Part shown: positions 11,940 through 26,642 of the stretch, one piece after another
How positions within the stretch are numbered: the first letter of the stretch is position 1
Layout: the number at the start of each line of letters is the position of its first letter
Source of the DNA: Azolla caroliniana
Taxonomy: Eukaryota > Plantae > Polypodiophyta
Assembly: GCA_043228905.1 (NCBI GenBank)
Contig: JBHGNT010000006.1
Coordinates: forward strand, 10,912,001 to 10,976,000
DNA: 64,000 nt
Direction of reading: 5' to 3'
Notes under the pieces: model-generated
Told to the model about the DNA's origin: nothing
What the model saw: the letters and a program-made list of their open reading frames with translations, nothing else
The model's database searches: none
Program-made: the position numbers and the translations under genes

Positions 11940-14868
11940 GTCCACAATACCGTGGGGCTAATTTTGCACATGGTCCTATTCTCAATGTTTCTGAGTCCTT
12001 AGGAACCGGTAGAAAAACATGTTGTCCTATGTGGAATTCCCTTGGTTTTCTATCGTGATTTGCATAAAAGACATTTTTGTCCCGTGCCATCCTAAGGTTT
12101 TCTTCTGCTAACTTACGTGCTTCGAGCATATTAAACGAAAGTATGCGAATCAAACAAAACATCAATAGGAGGATGTGAACCATACATCAATCTGAACGAA
12201 CTGTATTTTGTTGATGTATGCGTAACGCTATTGTAGGCAAATTCCACCATTGGAAGGTAAGTCTCCCATAATGAGGGTTTTTGCGCTACATATGCTCTCA
12301 ACATATCCTCTAATATCTTATTCACTCTCTCAGTCTGCCCATCTGACTGAGGATGATCAGAAGAATTGAGACTCAAGGTTGTTTGCAGTTTCTGCATAAC
12401 TTTTGACCAAAATGTACTTGTAAACTTGGAGTCTTGATCACTTACAATCTCGATCGGTAGACCATATAAGCTATAAAGATGTTTAATAAGCTTAATAGCC
12501 AATTGCTTAGCAGTAATTGTGGATTTTGTTGGAATGAATCTTGTCATCTTGGTTAGCTGATCAACAACCACCCAAATGACATTATTTCCCTCGGTGGAAC
12601 AGGGTAATCCAACTATGAAATCCATGGATATACTTTGCCACTTTTCAGCTGGAATATTGAGAGGTTGCAATAAGCCAACTTTTTTCTGTCACTCGGCCTT
12701 AATGACCTGACATTGTGGACAACGTATAACATAGGACTCTACCTCAGGTTTCATTTTTGGCCAGAAAAACCTAGCTTTAATCAAAGCTAATGTTCTTTAC
12801 ACACCTAGATGTCCAACATAAGGGGCATCATAGCATTCATACGGAATTTTATTCTTGATGTCCTTTATGTGTGGTACGCACACCTTACTATTGTGGTACA
12901 ATAACCCATTCGCAACATAGTAAAGGTTCTTCGGGGTGGATGTGGTTCCATAATCGACGTCAATACTTGTTTCAGCTCTCTTCCAGAACTTGGAAAATGT
13001 TCTATCATCAAGGTATTTTTGTTTACCCCGGATCAAATCAAATAAGTTGTCATTAAGTTCCACGAAACTTAGGGCATTAATTTCTGGAATACAACTCAAG
13101 GCATCTACAACGGAATTCAAAGCCCCTTTTCGATATCTAATTTTGAAATCGAAGTCTTGCATCAACTCTCCCCATCTTGCCTTTCGACCACCAAAAGTCT
13201 TTTGAGAGAGGAAGTATTGCAAGGATTTGTGGTCCGTTAAAACAATGAATTTACTACCATACAAGTAATGTCGCCATTTCTTTAAGGCATAAATGATAGC
13301 AAATAATTCTTTTTCTTGAACCGAATAATTTCTTTGGGCCAAATCTAATTTTTTGCTTTCAAAAGCAATTGGTCTCCCAATTTGAAATAATATAGCCCCA
13401 ATAGCATAATCACTTGCATTTGTCTCAACTTCAAATGTTTGATTAGGATCGGGTATAGCTAAAGTAGGTGCATTCACAATTAATGACTTCAACTTATTGA
13501 AGGTTTCTTCAAGAGACACATTCTACTCAATAGGTTTAGTGGACTTTCGTGTAATACCCTTCAATAGGTCCGTAAATGGTGAAGTGTAGGATGAATAGTT
13601 TTGAAGAGATCTTCTTAGGAATCCAACAAATCCTAAGAAAGATCCTAGCTCCTTAACATTTGAAGGTCGTGGCCAATTTAATATTGTTTCTATCTTAGAT
13701 TTATCGATAGAAACATCTGACCTAGATATGTGGTGTCCAAGATACGTAACTTCCTTTTGAAAGAAATCACATTTAGATAGTTTGGCAAATAGCCTGCATT
13801 CCCAAAACTTATCCAAAACTATTTGGACATGACACACATGATCCTCAAATGTGTTACTATACACCATGATGCCATCAAGGAATATGACCACCGCCTAGCT
13901 GATCTCTGAATATATCATTCATCAATTGCTGGAATGTGGCTAGAGCATCAGTCAACCCAAATGGTAGAACTCGAAACTCATAATGACCATAACGAGTTCG
14001 GAAAGTTGTTTTGGAAACATCTTCTTCCGAAAGCCTGATCTGATGATAGCTAGTGCGCAATTCTATCTTAGTAAAATATCTTGCACTTTGGAGTCTATCT
14101 ATCAAGTCATCAGAACGAGGCAAAGGGTAGGAATTGTGAATGGTGAGTTTATTCAAACCCTTGTAAGTTACACACATTCGCCAAGTTCCATCCTTCTTTT
14201 TGGCCAAGATGATGGGAGCCCCCCATGGCAATTTGTTGTACTGGATGTGTCCTATCCTCAAGTACTCCTTGATTTGTCGAGCAATTTCATCCTCTTCGGT
14301 TTGACTCAACCGATAAGGGGGTATGCTCATAGGTTTAGCGCCTGGAACCAAGTTTATCTTATGATCTATAGACCGAGAAGGAGACAATCCTTGAGGTAAC
14401 TTATCCGGAAATAAGTCCTTAAAATGCGACAAGATGTCACGTAGAGCATCTTTCTCAAAAACATCCAATGAACTCTTATCTACAAATTGATACATAGGAT
14501 CATTGGGCTGTAATATACACACATAAAATTGTGCATCGACATTTCAATCGTAAGTATAAAGATGATTAACAGACATTAAATTGTTTGTTGTAGTTCCATG
14601 AATAAAAACTTGTTGGTTCTTATTTCTGTCAAAAGAAATAATATGATTAAACCAATCGATATCAAGGCTATGTCCATTATAAAACCATATGTAACCAAGA
14701 ACTACATCTACCGTTCGTAAACGCATTACATGAAAAGTCAACTTTTTAGTGTAGTTATTTATTACTAGGGGTACACCATGTGCAATTATTGAATGCCTTT
14801 GGACATGGCCTCCTGTAGTAAGGACATTGTAGTTGTGGTCACTTTTGGTTGTTTTTATTCGTAACATC

Positions 14869-17800
14869 TGTTACTGTACGAGACGTATGTGTTATTGATA
14901 AGTGTGATAAGTGAGCGTGAACCGGCCCCTACACACGGGCACATGTTTTGATATATTTACATACATAGTTAAGTACAGGTCAGTGATGTAATTATCCTAG
15001 GTAGCATGAATTCATTAAGTAGGGAATCGAAGAGGATCTCTGTCCGAAAGGACAAAGAATAACAATGATTTAACAATCTGTAAATGGCTCCCTCTCCTTG
15101 TGCTATAAAAGGAGAGGAAAAGGGCCTGAGTAGGGATCGCGCATTTTGAGAGGATGAAGTGCTGTCAAACTAGGAACCGAGCTCTCTCCTCCACCATCTT
15201 TGTTGTTGTTTCTGCAGGGATTTTGGGTTAGGTTGGTTGCCTCTACTGCGTGAAAGCCCGTGCGCTTCCGGTAGAGGCTCCACTGCATATTTCAGTGCGT
15301 GTGTTCGTCTGTGTTGAGTCTATCACCGGCTTGCCGGTTGTAACATTGCAAGCTCAGTGATCTATACTGATATTGGAATTGATTCTTTTGTTTCTGTCTC
15401 TCTGTGTTTCTGCAAATCTCTCTCCCTCTCATCTCTCACACTCCTCGGTTCAGGGCCCCTGCAGTCCCGCCTTCATACGTGAGAGCTTAACAACACGACA
15501 ACGTCGCAAAAGGATACGCAATAGACGTATATTCAAGCGTGCGGTTAACGACAATGTGTGTGTGCAAAAAAGCGTGGTACAAGAGACAACCAAAAAGACA
15601 AGGACGACAACAACAGTCGGAGATGGAGCCGAAACGACGGATGAGCGGCCAAATAGTGGCCGAGGAGCGGCCGAAGAGGTTGGAATAGCTGAACAGTGGC
15701 CAAACGGGCTAGACAGAGAACCGCCAAACGACAACTGGAATGGGCCGAACAGTCGAAATGGTGACGGAGCCGGGACAACGATCGGACGGCAGTGGCCACA
15801 TACCAACGGCTAGAGTGGTGGCCGAACAACAGTGGCCCGGTCGGACAGAGACAGCGGCAGCCGCCGGATAGCGGCTGGATCGATTTCCGGAATGTGCAAA
15901 GACACATAACGGTCAAAGTGGCCGAATAATGCCAAAACGGAGGCGGCCGGACCGGACGGGCCAAACAAACGAACAGAGGACCGGAAAGATAGGCTCGGAC
16001 ATGGACAACTAGCGGCGGCAAAAATCAGCGATCGGACAGACAACCGGAACGGCCCGAGAAGCAGTTAGACAGCAACTGGAACGACCACACCATGCCGAAA
16101 AGCGACAGGAATGGCCGAAACGGTGTTGACGCCGAAACGACGAGCTGGACAACCGAACAGTGGTTGGAGGGTCGGAAAGACAATAACGACCAGATTAGAT
16201 AGACAGACCAAACGGAGTCAGAGACACAGACAGACAGTGCTGGACGAGGACGAACTGACAGACGACAGTGACAGACAGAGACAATGACGGCCGGAGACAG
16301 AGATAGAGATGTAGATGCAGATGCAGACGGGACAACAACGACGACGTCCAGATGGCGACGGTGCAGGACATCGTCAACCGGATGGCAACCAAAATGGTGA
16401 CAAAGATGGACGATCGACACAGGCAATGGGCAGCGATGGTGATGGCCGGAGCGGCGACCGGACAGAGCTGGATAGTGGTCGGAGTGGCCAAAATGGCCAA
16501 AAGGGCCTGGAGATAGCCAGACCAGCCAGAATGGCAAAATAGCAGCCGAAACGACGAGTCGGATTGCCAGAAAGACACGACTGAACAACGACAGAAATGA
16601 AGATAGAGACGACCGAATAATGTCGAAGTTGGACAATGGCCACACAAAGATGGACGACGCGACAGAGATGTGCAGACAACTAATACAAAGAAAACGCAAA
16701 AAAGAATGAAGGGGAAGAAAGCACAAAACAACACAAATAGAGAAGAAGAGAAAGAAAGATAGGAGAAATGGAAGAAGAAGTCATGGAGAGACGGAGAAGC
16801 GAGCACAAGAGACAGAGAAAGAAGAAGAAAGAGGAAAAAGAAAGAAGATAGACGATGAAAAGGCAGAAGATTGGAAGAAGAAGAACACATGAAGAAGGAA
16901 GAAATGCTTCCCGTTGCAAGTAGAATCCAAGGAAAAATAAATAATTATAATAATCATAATCATAAAACAAAAGAGAGGGAAAAAATAAAAAAAAAGGGGC
17001 ATATGAAACCCTGAGGGTACTGAGTGAAATTTTAAAACCTCGAGGGTATATAATAAAATTTTAAAAATCAAAGGGTACTTACGGAATTTCAAAAACTCAT
17101 GAACCTAAAAGAAATGGACATGATCCACACGCAACTCACAATATACATAGAAGAACACACATACATACAATGTTTTTTTGACGACCCAAATGATGTTACC
17201 GAAGTTCGTGAACCGACAGAATGGGAATGTTTGTGTCGATGAAGATTCGCTGACCGACAGGGATGTTCGAGTCAAGCACTCTGATCGAGGGAGTCGATCG
17301 TTGATGTTACCGAAGTTCGTGAACGATAGAACGAGAATGTTCGTGTCGATGAAGATTCACTGACCGACAAAGATGTTCGAGTCAAGCGCTCTAATCGAGG
17401 GAGTCGATCGTTGAGAGGACCGATGGAAGTTTCGTTCGAAGAAAGATTATGATAAAGGCATGTGGGATCGACGTGCAAGGCACTCTCCCACGGGCGTGCC
17501 ATATTGCGTTACCATACGAGATGTACGTGTTATTGATAAGTGAGGGTGAAAGATGTAATGTGTTGATATGTATGTGTGAATGCCAAAGGGGCTTGGACCC
17601 TTGTGGATTTACCCCTTTGTACCTATTTAACCCCTTATGGGGAATGAATGAATACAATAATCATTTTCTCTCTCAATCTCTCTCTTGTCATTTCTCTCTC
17701 TCTTCCCTCCCCCTTAACGTTGAACCCCCTTGGGAGGGGGTGGAACCATTCTAGGCACCACCCCCCACCCCGCAATGCTTCTCAATGCTTGTCAACATCT

Positions 17801-17911
17801 TCATGATCTCTCTCACCATCATACTCTCCATCATCTTCATTATTACACCACGTCTATCTTCGTCATCAACAATCATCATTACCATTAACCCTAACCCTAA
17901 AACGTACAACA
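14869..17911 (+). mobile_element. 3-kb TG..CA non-coding LTR-derived insert (solo LTR with nested sequence, or a LARD-like element) in the chromovirus protease
   Basis: 5-bp TSD acatc (14864-14868, 17912-17916). Ends are homologous to the 8606-9113 solo LTR. The interior has no recognisable coding domain. Confidence 0.8.
17191..17414. repeat. 111-bp tandem duplication
   Basis: tgatgttaccgaagttcgtgaac...gagggagtcgatcgt starts at 17191 and 17302. Confidence 0.9.
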
Positions 17912-18806
17912 ACATCTGCACCATATTAGAGTCAAGAAAATTATGAGTGCTACCACAGTCAAATAGTATAGTTATACTTTGATTGTGGATAGTCCCATCA
18001 GTTTTAAGTAAATCGTGTGGTCCAAGAATAATTTTTTGTAATGCAACGTTTCTTAAAGGCCTTGATCCTCTTCCCAGCTACCGGCACCGCTATCTGCGTT
18101 CCATCGAGCTCTGCGAGATGGTAAGTGCCGTTGTCGTTTGCGCTCGTTACGGCGTAGGGCCCGAACCACCTCCTCGCGAACTTACACATTGCCTTGTGCT
18201 GGTTGTCGAGGCTGTTGTCGTAAACCAGCACCCAGTCGCCTTCCTCGATCTTTTTGGTCGTAGCCAGTGAGTTCGGTCAAACCGGCCCTTGCTCTTACCA
18301 CGTGCAGCCTTGTCCTTGCATGATCCACGTCCTCTGATCTCCGCTCCAGCTGTTGAATCCGTGCCGCCAATAGCTCCTCCCGGCTCATCTCGTCCTTCCA
18401 ATCCACCGCGGCCGAGGAGGAGATCGTTCGCTCCATTGGCATGATCGGCTTCTACCCGTACATCAGCTTTGTTGGCATGAACCCAGTTACCGAACTATGC
18501 GTAGTTCGGTTCGCCCACAATGCGTAAGGTAGGAGCCACGACCAATTCCCGACTCGCCCTTCACATGCCCGTACTAACGCCTTCACGATCGGCCTGTGCC
18601 CGCACTCTATCTTCCTCTTAGCCTCTAGATTGTATGCCGTTCTGAGGGAGAGCTTGACCCCTAACCGGGCGAATAACTCTTCGGCTTCCTGTGCATCCAG
18701 CTCTCCCTGGTCAGCCATGATCTTTCCCACACACCCGTACCGGCATACCACTTCCTCGATCAGAAACCGGCACACAACCACAATCGTCTTATTCTGCAGT
18801 GCGCGG

Positions 18807-21800
18807 TGTCGTGAAGATCCGTCACTACGCGCGGATCGTGAGGCGGAACCGCCGGGGTTCTGGACCGGAAGGACTTGAAGTTGGCGCAAGCTTTAGCGAG
18901 AAAGTACTTAAGCTAGATTGAAAGAGAGAGAGAGAGAGAGAGCTTGAGATAGAAATCTTGATTTTAGATTTTAAGAAACAAGTTACACGATCAATTCGAT
19001 AACGAATTCTCTTCTTCTTAATTTCATAACAAAAAAAAGCCTAACCCTTCTTCTTTTTCATCCCTTCTTTTATAGATGCTCTCATGCATATGATGCATGT
19101 GAGGGTACAAGACATGCATAAAATGCATGTTTGCCATTTGGCGCTCATGTATTACATGCGGTGCATGATAACCATGTCACTCATTTTAGCTCTCATGTAT
19201 GAGAATTTACATGTAAAAGTATAATGATAGAAATATAAATTTAACTAAATCTCATGGCTTAGTGGTAAGCCAATAGACTCCTAACTTGGAGGTGCAAGGT
19301 TCAAATCCTTACTTGCCCTCGTATATGTATATATGTTTATATATTTATTTATCTAGTCGCCGGACGCCGGTTCGCTGGATGCCGTCGTCTGACTAGCGCC
19401 GGATATCGATGCGCCGCCGGATGCCGTCGGTTACCGGTTGCCGCCGGATGCCGGTTCCGCCGGATCACTGGGTACCGGTGTGCCACCATCGCTTTGCGGG
19501 CTGCCGCTAGATCACCGACTCCATCGCCGATCCGGTTTTGGTTGGCCGAAAACCTTTATGAGTAGCTAGGCCACCTCCACTCTTAATTCAATTTACCTTG
19601 AACTCTCTATGCTCCACACATAGACACAAAGATAATAGCTTTTGCTTTACCTTATATATGATGAGAGCCGTATTTGTCGTGCCTATGTGGGATATCTCAC
19701 AGTTTTCTCTTTTCTTTTCACAAACTTTATACCCTCATATCTTGACATTTAGTTGTCCGTTTCTCGTGTAATAAAGTGCATTCGAAAGCTCTTGAAGACC
19801 TCCATCATTTTGTACTTAGATATTAAACTTATTTAAAATGTTATCTTCACTATTATTATTTTATGTGATTCATACTCGATTTTGTACGTTTTATGTGATT
19901 TTCACACTATTGCCGAAAATCTTCACGACATCCACCCCCACCAAACCGCACGTCCTTTGATACGTGCCAAGAAGAGAGAAAGTGAGATTTCGGCTACGGT
20001 GATCAATCAGATTCCTCCATGTCTTCATTTAAATCCGTCCTATTATGTTCATCGTCGAGGTGATCGAGGTCAGGATCCTTGTCTTGTCTTTTCTTGAAAA
20101 TCTTTAGTCTTTTTCCCACAATGGGTACGACCAACCTTGATCCGTCTAGCTCCGCAAGGTGGTATGTGGCATTATCGTTGGCACTTGTCACCACATACGG
20201 CCCGAACTATCTTCTTGCGAACTTTCTTGTTGTATTTTGTTGATTGTCAAGGTTGTTGTCATAAACCAAAACCCAATCTCCTTCTTCAATATTCTTGGGA
20301 CGAAGTCGATGCGTGCTGTCGAACCGAACTTTGTTCTTTACTCGGGCTGCCTCCATCATCTTTTACGCTTTTTCTAGATCTTCAGGTCTTCTTTCAAGTT
20401 GCCTTATCCGCGCCGCTAATAACTCTTCTCGGCTCATCTCATTCTCCCACGGTATCGCTACCCATGAGGCGATCGTCCTTTCGATGGGCATTACCGGCTT
20501 TTGTCCATACATAAGCTCCGTCGGCATATACCCTGTCACCGAGCTGTTTGTCGTTCTGTCAGCCCACAAGGCATAGGGTAATGGTCGTGGCTAATTCCCG
20601 ACTCGACCGTTGCATACCCGTACGATGGCTTTGACGATAGGTCCATGCCCTCGCTCGATCTTCCCATTTGCTTCTGGATTGTAGGCAGTCATGAGGGAGA
20701 GCTTCACGCCTAGTCGTTCGAAGAGCTCCGTCGCTTCGTGCGCATCCAACTCCCCTCGGTCAGCCACTATCTTCCCCACACATCTGTATCGGCAAACAAC
20801 CTCTTCAAGTAGAAATTTGCAAACGGCTAAAGTCATCTTATTTGTCAAGGCTCGTCCTTCCACTTGATTTGTCAAGTCTTCCCTTGCCAACACTAAGTAC
20901 TTCATTTGTCCCACTCCCATTGGCATCGAGACTAGATCCACCATCCATTTGAAGTGTGTGGTGAGTGGGTATGTCAGCTGTAATTCATCACGATGATGTA
21001 TATTTGAATATATTTGGCAAGTTTCACATGTGGACACGAAATGGAGTACATCTTTGTACATGCTTGGCCACTAGTACTTCTCCTTCAACTTTTCGAACGT
21101 CGCCCATGTTCCTCTATGACCTGCCCAAGCACTCTCGTGGAATTCGGTCATCAGCGTCTCTTGTTCTTCTTTCTTCACCACCACTCGACGTGGTATTCCT
21201 GTCCTTCTTTTTGGATGTCGCCAAAGGAATCCTCCCTTCTTCCGGATTCGTAGGGCCTCCTCCTTTGTCAACGAAGCATCTGTCGTCAATGTTCTTAGGC
21301 ATCTACTGATGAGTAACCACTCTCATTCGTACTCATTCTCGTTGAAGGCGTAGAGGGTTTGCGTGTCCTGGTCTTCCGCCGATAATCGAGCCATCTTGAA
21401 GAAGTCGAGGGCGACATCTTCATCTTCCGAAACCATGTCGGTTCCATTTTCGAATCTTGCCCTCGATAGCATGTCAGCCATGGCGTTCTTCTTCCCTGCA
21501 ATGTGACGGATCTCTGGGTTTAAAGACTTGATGTAGGCGATCCACCTTAGCATAGCAAGATCTGGGGTTGCACATCCCGAGACCATTTCGAGAATTAGGA
21601 GACAATCTGTCTCTATTATCACTTCCGACCCGATCAGGTAATCTTTGTCCGTCTTCACTGCCGACACAATACCCCAAAGTTCCCGCTTGACTCGGGCATA
21701 TATTTGTTGTCGTTCGCTGAGAATCTTTGCTCCGAACCGGACGGCATATCGCGCATTATCTTCTCCTTCTTGATTGATGACCCACCCGATTCCGGTTGGG

Positions 21801-24800
21801 CTTGTATCGACGGTCACGTAAATCTGTTTCCCTTCGGCATAGTCGCCTTCCTTAGTGCCGGAGCTTCAAGAAGTAGTTTCTTCAATCTTCGCATCGCATT
21901 TGTGTGCTCGTCTCACCATTCGAACTTCATTCTTTTCTTTAGGAGTCCATATAAGGGTTCAACGACATGAGCATAGTGCGGAATCCAGATATCATAAAAT
22001 GCGCATGCTCCAAGGAACCTTCTAACCTCCGTTTGATTTCCGCATTCTTCTTTCATGTCTTGGATTGCGTTCACTTTGTATGGCGAAGGCTTCCGGCCGT
22101 ATGCCCCACATAAGTGACCTACCACCAAGATCTCCGGTTGCCTGAATGCGGATTTTTCTCCCGAAAATGTCAAATTCGCATCTTCGAGCCTTTGAAGCAC
22201 CTTCTCGCAATCTTTCATATGATCCGCAACGAACTTTCTACAACCTTCCTTATCTTTCAATTCATCTTTCTCCTCATCCGAACATCCTTTTATCGGAATA
22301 TCATCCAAGAATGGCATCGTGATGTCCGGGATGCAATCCTTCAAGACTTTATTCATGGCATTTACCATATGAGCCACCGAGTTCGTTGCGCCTTGGGGTA
22401 AGGTACACATCCGCACAAGCCCGATCGGAGTCCTCATGGTTGTAATGTCCCGACTGTCGATCGTCAATTGGAATTGGTCATATCCGAAGTAGAGATCGCC
22501 AATGGAGTAGATGGACCGGCCCCGCAAATGCTTCGGCAAATTCGTCCATGTTTGGACCGATTCTGGCATTTCAAATTGTCACATTGTTGACGGGTTGAAG
22601 ATCTTGGATGAATCGCAATGATCCATTCTTCTTCGGCACCGTGAACCACCTATTGGAATAAGGAGCATTCGACGGTTCTAGAAGTCCCATACTCACCTTC
22701 TCCTTTAAGAGCTCGATCAGCTTCGGAAGGTGTGCTCTCGGAACCGGCATCGGTTTCAAATTCCAAGGCACATGAGGCACCGTGAAGATCACCATCGGCT
22801 CTATAACCTTTGGGTCGGCACATCCGATTTCTCATGGGAAGAATGCGAAAGCCTTCCCATGTCTCTCAAGCATATCACGAAACATTCGCTCCTCTTTAGG
22901 GAGAAGGAAATCCTCCTTTCCAACTCATAGCTTCCCCTTTGTCTCTTCGGTGAAGACATGACCTATCGTCTTCGGATCTCTTAAGGTTGGATCATTAGCG
23001 ACTTCCTTCATCTTTTGCCAGCTATCTTCCGGTAGCGGAACCACAACTGGCTTGATCTTCTAATCCACCGTTTTATATTTCGTGTTGATGTCAGCTTCCT
23101 TCATCGAGATGCCATGACGGTATTCATCGATGATAGTGTACATGTTGACGGAGTTAACCGAAATCACGCGTTGGTCGTGAAGATAGCTCAAGTCCACGAC
23201 GTCCTCGATTTTGCCGATGGTGTCGTTAAATGAGGCTTCTTCCATAATATGAGTCACGAACTCTCCTTCTTCTATTATGTTTTCTTCTTTCAGCATCTTC
23301 TCGAATTCTTGTATCCGAAGCTTGTCCTTCTTGTCGGGTAGTACTAGTTTACGTGCGCCACTAGGTGTGACACATGTTGCTTCTCCTCGCAATCCAAACA
23401 CTCTTCTTACTTGTGGGGTCTTGTGATTGCTCGGACTATTTGTGCCCCATGCTTCAATAGTCCGCTCTAAAAATCTGAGGATTCGCCTCCAAGACTATCT
23501 CGATTCCTTTCATGATTGTCTCACACCGTTAGGAATTGGACTGATCTTTGGTTGTCAAGACTCTTTATTCATGCGAAGGCTGCTCCATTATCGAACACTT
23601 TGGTCTCCATCCGAGATGATGTGATATAAGGTTGCCCTAGGATGACAGGATGTGACACCGATTCTTGTACGAAGAAGTGTTGATCCATCTCCACATCGCC
23701 GATCGTGACTTTGACATTGGGACAAGCTCCGTAGACTTTGTTTCCGCGTGAATCTTCCATCCGTGGTTTGTATTGATTGGCCATCTTCCTTTTTTGTAGA
23801 AGTTGGTTGACATGAGGTTGATCTCCGAGCCATGGTCGATCAAAGCTACCACGGTCTCTTTCTTCTCCCCGATCTTCACCGGCGTCTCCGTTGTCGTTCG
23901 TGCCCAATGAGGTCGAGTATAGTGGCTGTCCATCATATCTTCATCGACTTCGTCTCTTGCCATCATTATGGCATTCGTTTTTGCTTTTTGCGGCTTCTCT
24001 TCTTCCTCGTCTGATTGTTGTCTTTTTCTCTTTACAAGGACCACGATCGTGTCATGGAACTCCTTCGTAATGCCAAGCAATTCCCTCAAGGACAAAGTTC
24101 TTCGAGAATCTTCTTTAGGTCCGTCGTCTGCTCTATGTTCGAGCTTAGCTTATAGGTAGGCATAGTCCTTGTCCTCCGAGTAGGGTCTTCAACACTAACC
24201 TTCACGGGCCGAACCGTTTCTTCAACTCGTATGCTCGGCTCCCCTTTTCAGCTTGATTCTCGTTCCTCCGTTTGTAAAGGTCGACTCGTCTTCGTATCGT
24301 CCTTCTTTTTCGCGTTCCTTGTTTCATGTCTTTTTGATGGGCCTTGCTCTTCTATTCTTTTTCTCTTTTCTTCGACAAACACCTCATGGTTGTCACACAT
24401 CACCTCCGCGAGTATGGTGTTGTCGTCCACCGGATCCAACCATCCGGTTATACTTTGTACACTTTCCCGACGCAACATAGTGCATCGCATCCACATGAGT
24501 CACATCAGCATCCTCCATAGATTTCTTCATTCCCCCTCTTCCGAAATTCACCCGTAGGGGTCTTCTAGTCTCCCTCGAGCAGATCATGTTGTCATCTATG
24601 TACACGATATTTTGTCGGATCGCCTCTGGAAGGCTCGCACAATCCCTTCTCATGTGGTCCATGCTATCGCACCACACACATCTAAAGGGTTCTTTTCCTT
24701 TGGGCCCTCGACGATTCATGTTGGCTAGCATGACCTTCTCGAACTTCTTCGTCAGTTCTTCGATGACATCATCACCAATATTCTTTTCTTCCACGTCACT

Positions 24801-26642
24801 TTGTTTCGGAGGCTCAACTACTTTCGGCGGTCTTGCTTTCTCCGTAACAGTCGATCCCACCAAGTCGGTGTCATCAACCCACTGACGACGCTTGTTGAGC
24901 CTATTGCATGCTCACTTTATCGCAACCCAGTCCGTCACAAGCCCGTTCGCTTGGGTATCATCTTTGAGAAGAGTCCCCAACTCCCGTCTATCCTTGATGT
25001 CCACAGCCTTCGGGAAGTACAAAGTCTTGTCCTCTTCAAGTAGCACTTGATCTGTGTTGGGGAGATGGCCAAACATCTGGTCAAATTCATCGTACATCCT
25101 CGAGGCGCTCATCTTCTTATTCTTCTTCTCTCTCCACTTCATCAGGGCATGTCGAGTCATCCTTGTTGAGTCTTCAGTCACGAACTCCGCTAATATCATT
25201 TTCTCGAACTCAGACCATGTTGTCTTACCTTCTTGAAGTTCGATGACGCGTCTTTGAATGTTGTTGGCGACAACTCTCTTGAAGCTTGCGATTTGACGTG
25301 CTTCGAACACGTCCCTCTGATTCATTTCCCTTTTATATGCATAAAGGAACTTCGTAACGTTCCTTCCATCGAATTGGCCCTCAAGCTCTACGACACGATC
25401 AACAGCCTTTTCCACGCTCGCATCGTTGTCCCGAGATCTCATCATTTGCTCGACGATTAGCATCATCCTTTCGAGCTCTCCCGCTTGGTTGCTTGAGGAC
25501 GCCATCTCCAAGTATTAATCTCGGCTTGATCCTTCCTCACGTCGGGTTCACCACTTAATTATGTCGTGAAGATCCGTCACTACGTGCAGATCGTGAGGTG
25601 GAACCGTCGGGGTTCTGGACCGGAAGGACTTGAAGTTGGCGCAAGCTTTAGCGAGAAAGTACTTAAGCTAGATTGAAAGAGAGAGAGAGAGCTTGAGATA
25701 GAACTCTTGATTTTAGATTTTAAGAAACAAGTTACACGATCAATTCGATAACGAATTCTCTTCTTCTTAATTTCATAACCAAAAAAAGCCTAACCCTTCT
25801 TCTTTTTCATCCCTTCTTTTATAGATGCTCTCATGCATATGATGCATGTGAGGGTACAAGACATGCATAAAATGCATGTTTGCCATTTAACGCTCATGTA
25901 TTACATGCGGTGCATGATAACCATGTCACTCATTTTAGCTCTCATGTATGAGAATTTACATGTAAAAGTACCGCTTAGGTTTAAGCTTTCCGGGAATAGT
26001 ATTCGACAATGATAGAAATATAATTTTAACTAAATGTCATGGCTTAGTGGTAAGCCAATAGACTCCTAACTTGGAGGTGCAAGGTTCAAATCCTTACTTG
26101 CCCTCGTATATGTATATATGTTTATATATTTATTTATCTAGTCGCCGGACGCCAGTTTATTGGATGCCGTCGCCGGTTACCGGTGGCCGGTGTGCCACCA
26201 TCGCTTTGCGGGCTGCGGCCAGATGACCGGCTCCTTGGCCGGTCCGGTTTTGGTTGGCCAAAAACCTTTACGAGTAGCTAGGCCACCTCCACTCTTAGTT
26301 CAACTTACCTTGAACTCTCTATGCTCCACACATAGACACAAAGATAATAGCTTTTGCTCTACCTTATATATGATGAGAGCCGTATTTGTCGTGCCTATGT
26401 GGGATATCTCACAGTTTTCTCTTTTGCTTTCACAAACTTTATACCCTCATATCTTGACATTTAGTTGTCCGTTTCTCGTGTAATAAAGTGCATTCGAAAG
26501 CTCTTGAAGACCTCCATCATTTTGTACTTAGATATTAAACTTATTTAAAATGTTATCTTCACTATTATTATTTTATGTGATTCATACTCGATTTTGTACG
26601 TTTTATGTGATTTTCACACTATTGCCGAAAATCTTCACGATA
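18807..26642 (-). mobile_element. Trp-lineage Gypsy copy A: full length but degenerate; LTRs 18807-19930 and 25562-26642
   Basis: 4-bp TSD gcgg, PBS 25537-25553, PPT 19931-19943. gag, PR (IDHGSEIN), RT (FLDD), RH and INT are present with stops and frameshifts. Confidence 0.95.
19255..19316 (+). ncRNA. tRNA-like Pol III A/B-box cassette inside the LTR (also at 26040-26101, 55352-55409, 62200-62261)
   Basis: A box tggcttagtgg and B box ggttcaaatcc 43 nt apart. D-like stem ggctt/aagcc, anticodon-like stem ctcc/ggag, T-like stem aagg/cctt. No acceptor stem. Confidence 0.7.

Larger units (their letters stand above)
6336..18044 (-). mobile_element. Ty3/Gypsy chromovirus 1, degenerate and 5'-truncated: 3' LTR 6336-7027, chromodomain, INT, RH, RT, PR. 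Interrupted at 7390-11939 and 14869-17911.
   Basis: LTR tgtaaag...ctttaca, PPT at 7028-7040. Chromodomain 7044-7235 (YKVKWKD...STWE), INT 12131-12780, RH 12797-13519, RT 13523-14522. Protease LFDCGSTHNF at ~17935-17965 rejoins 14868 across the insert. Confidence 0.9.

Noticed and set aside
15373-17092. Many 100-230-aa ORFs on both strands
   Set aside because: They arise from low-complexity skewed composition that lacks stop codons, and contain no domain motifs.
19255-19316. Functional tRNA gene
   Set aside because: There is no 7-bp acceptor stem and the anticodon loop is 6 nt. Reported only as a tRNA-like cassette.
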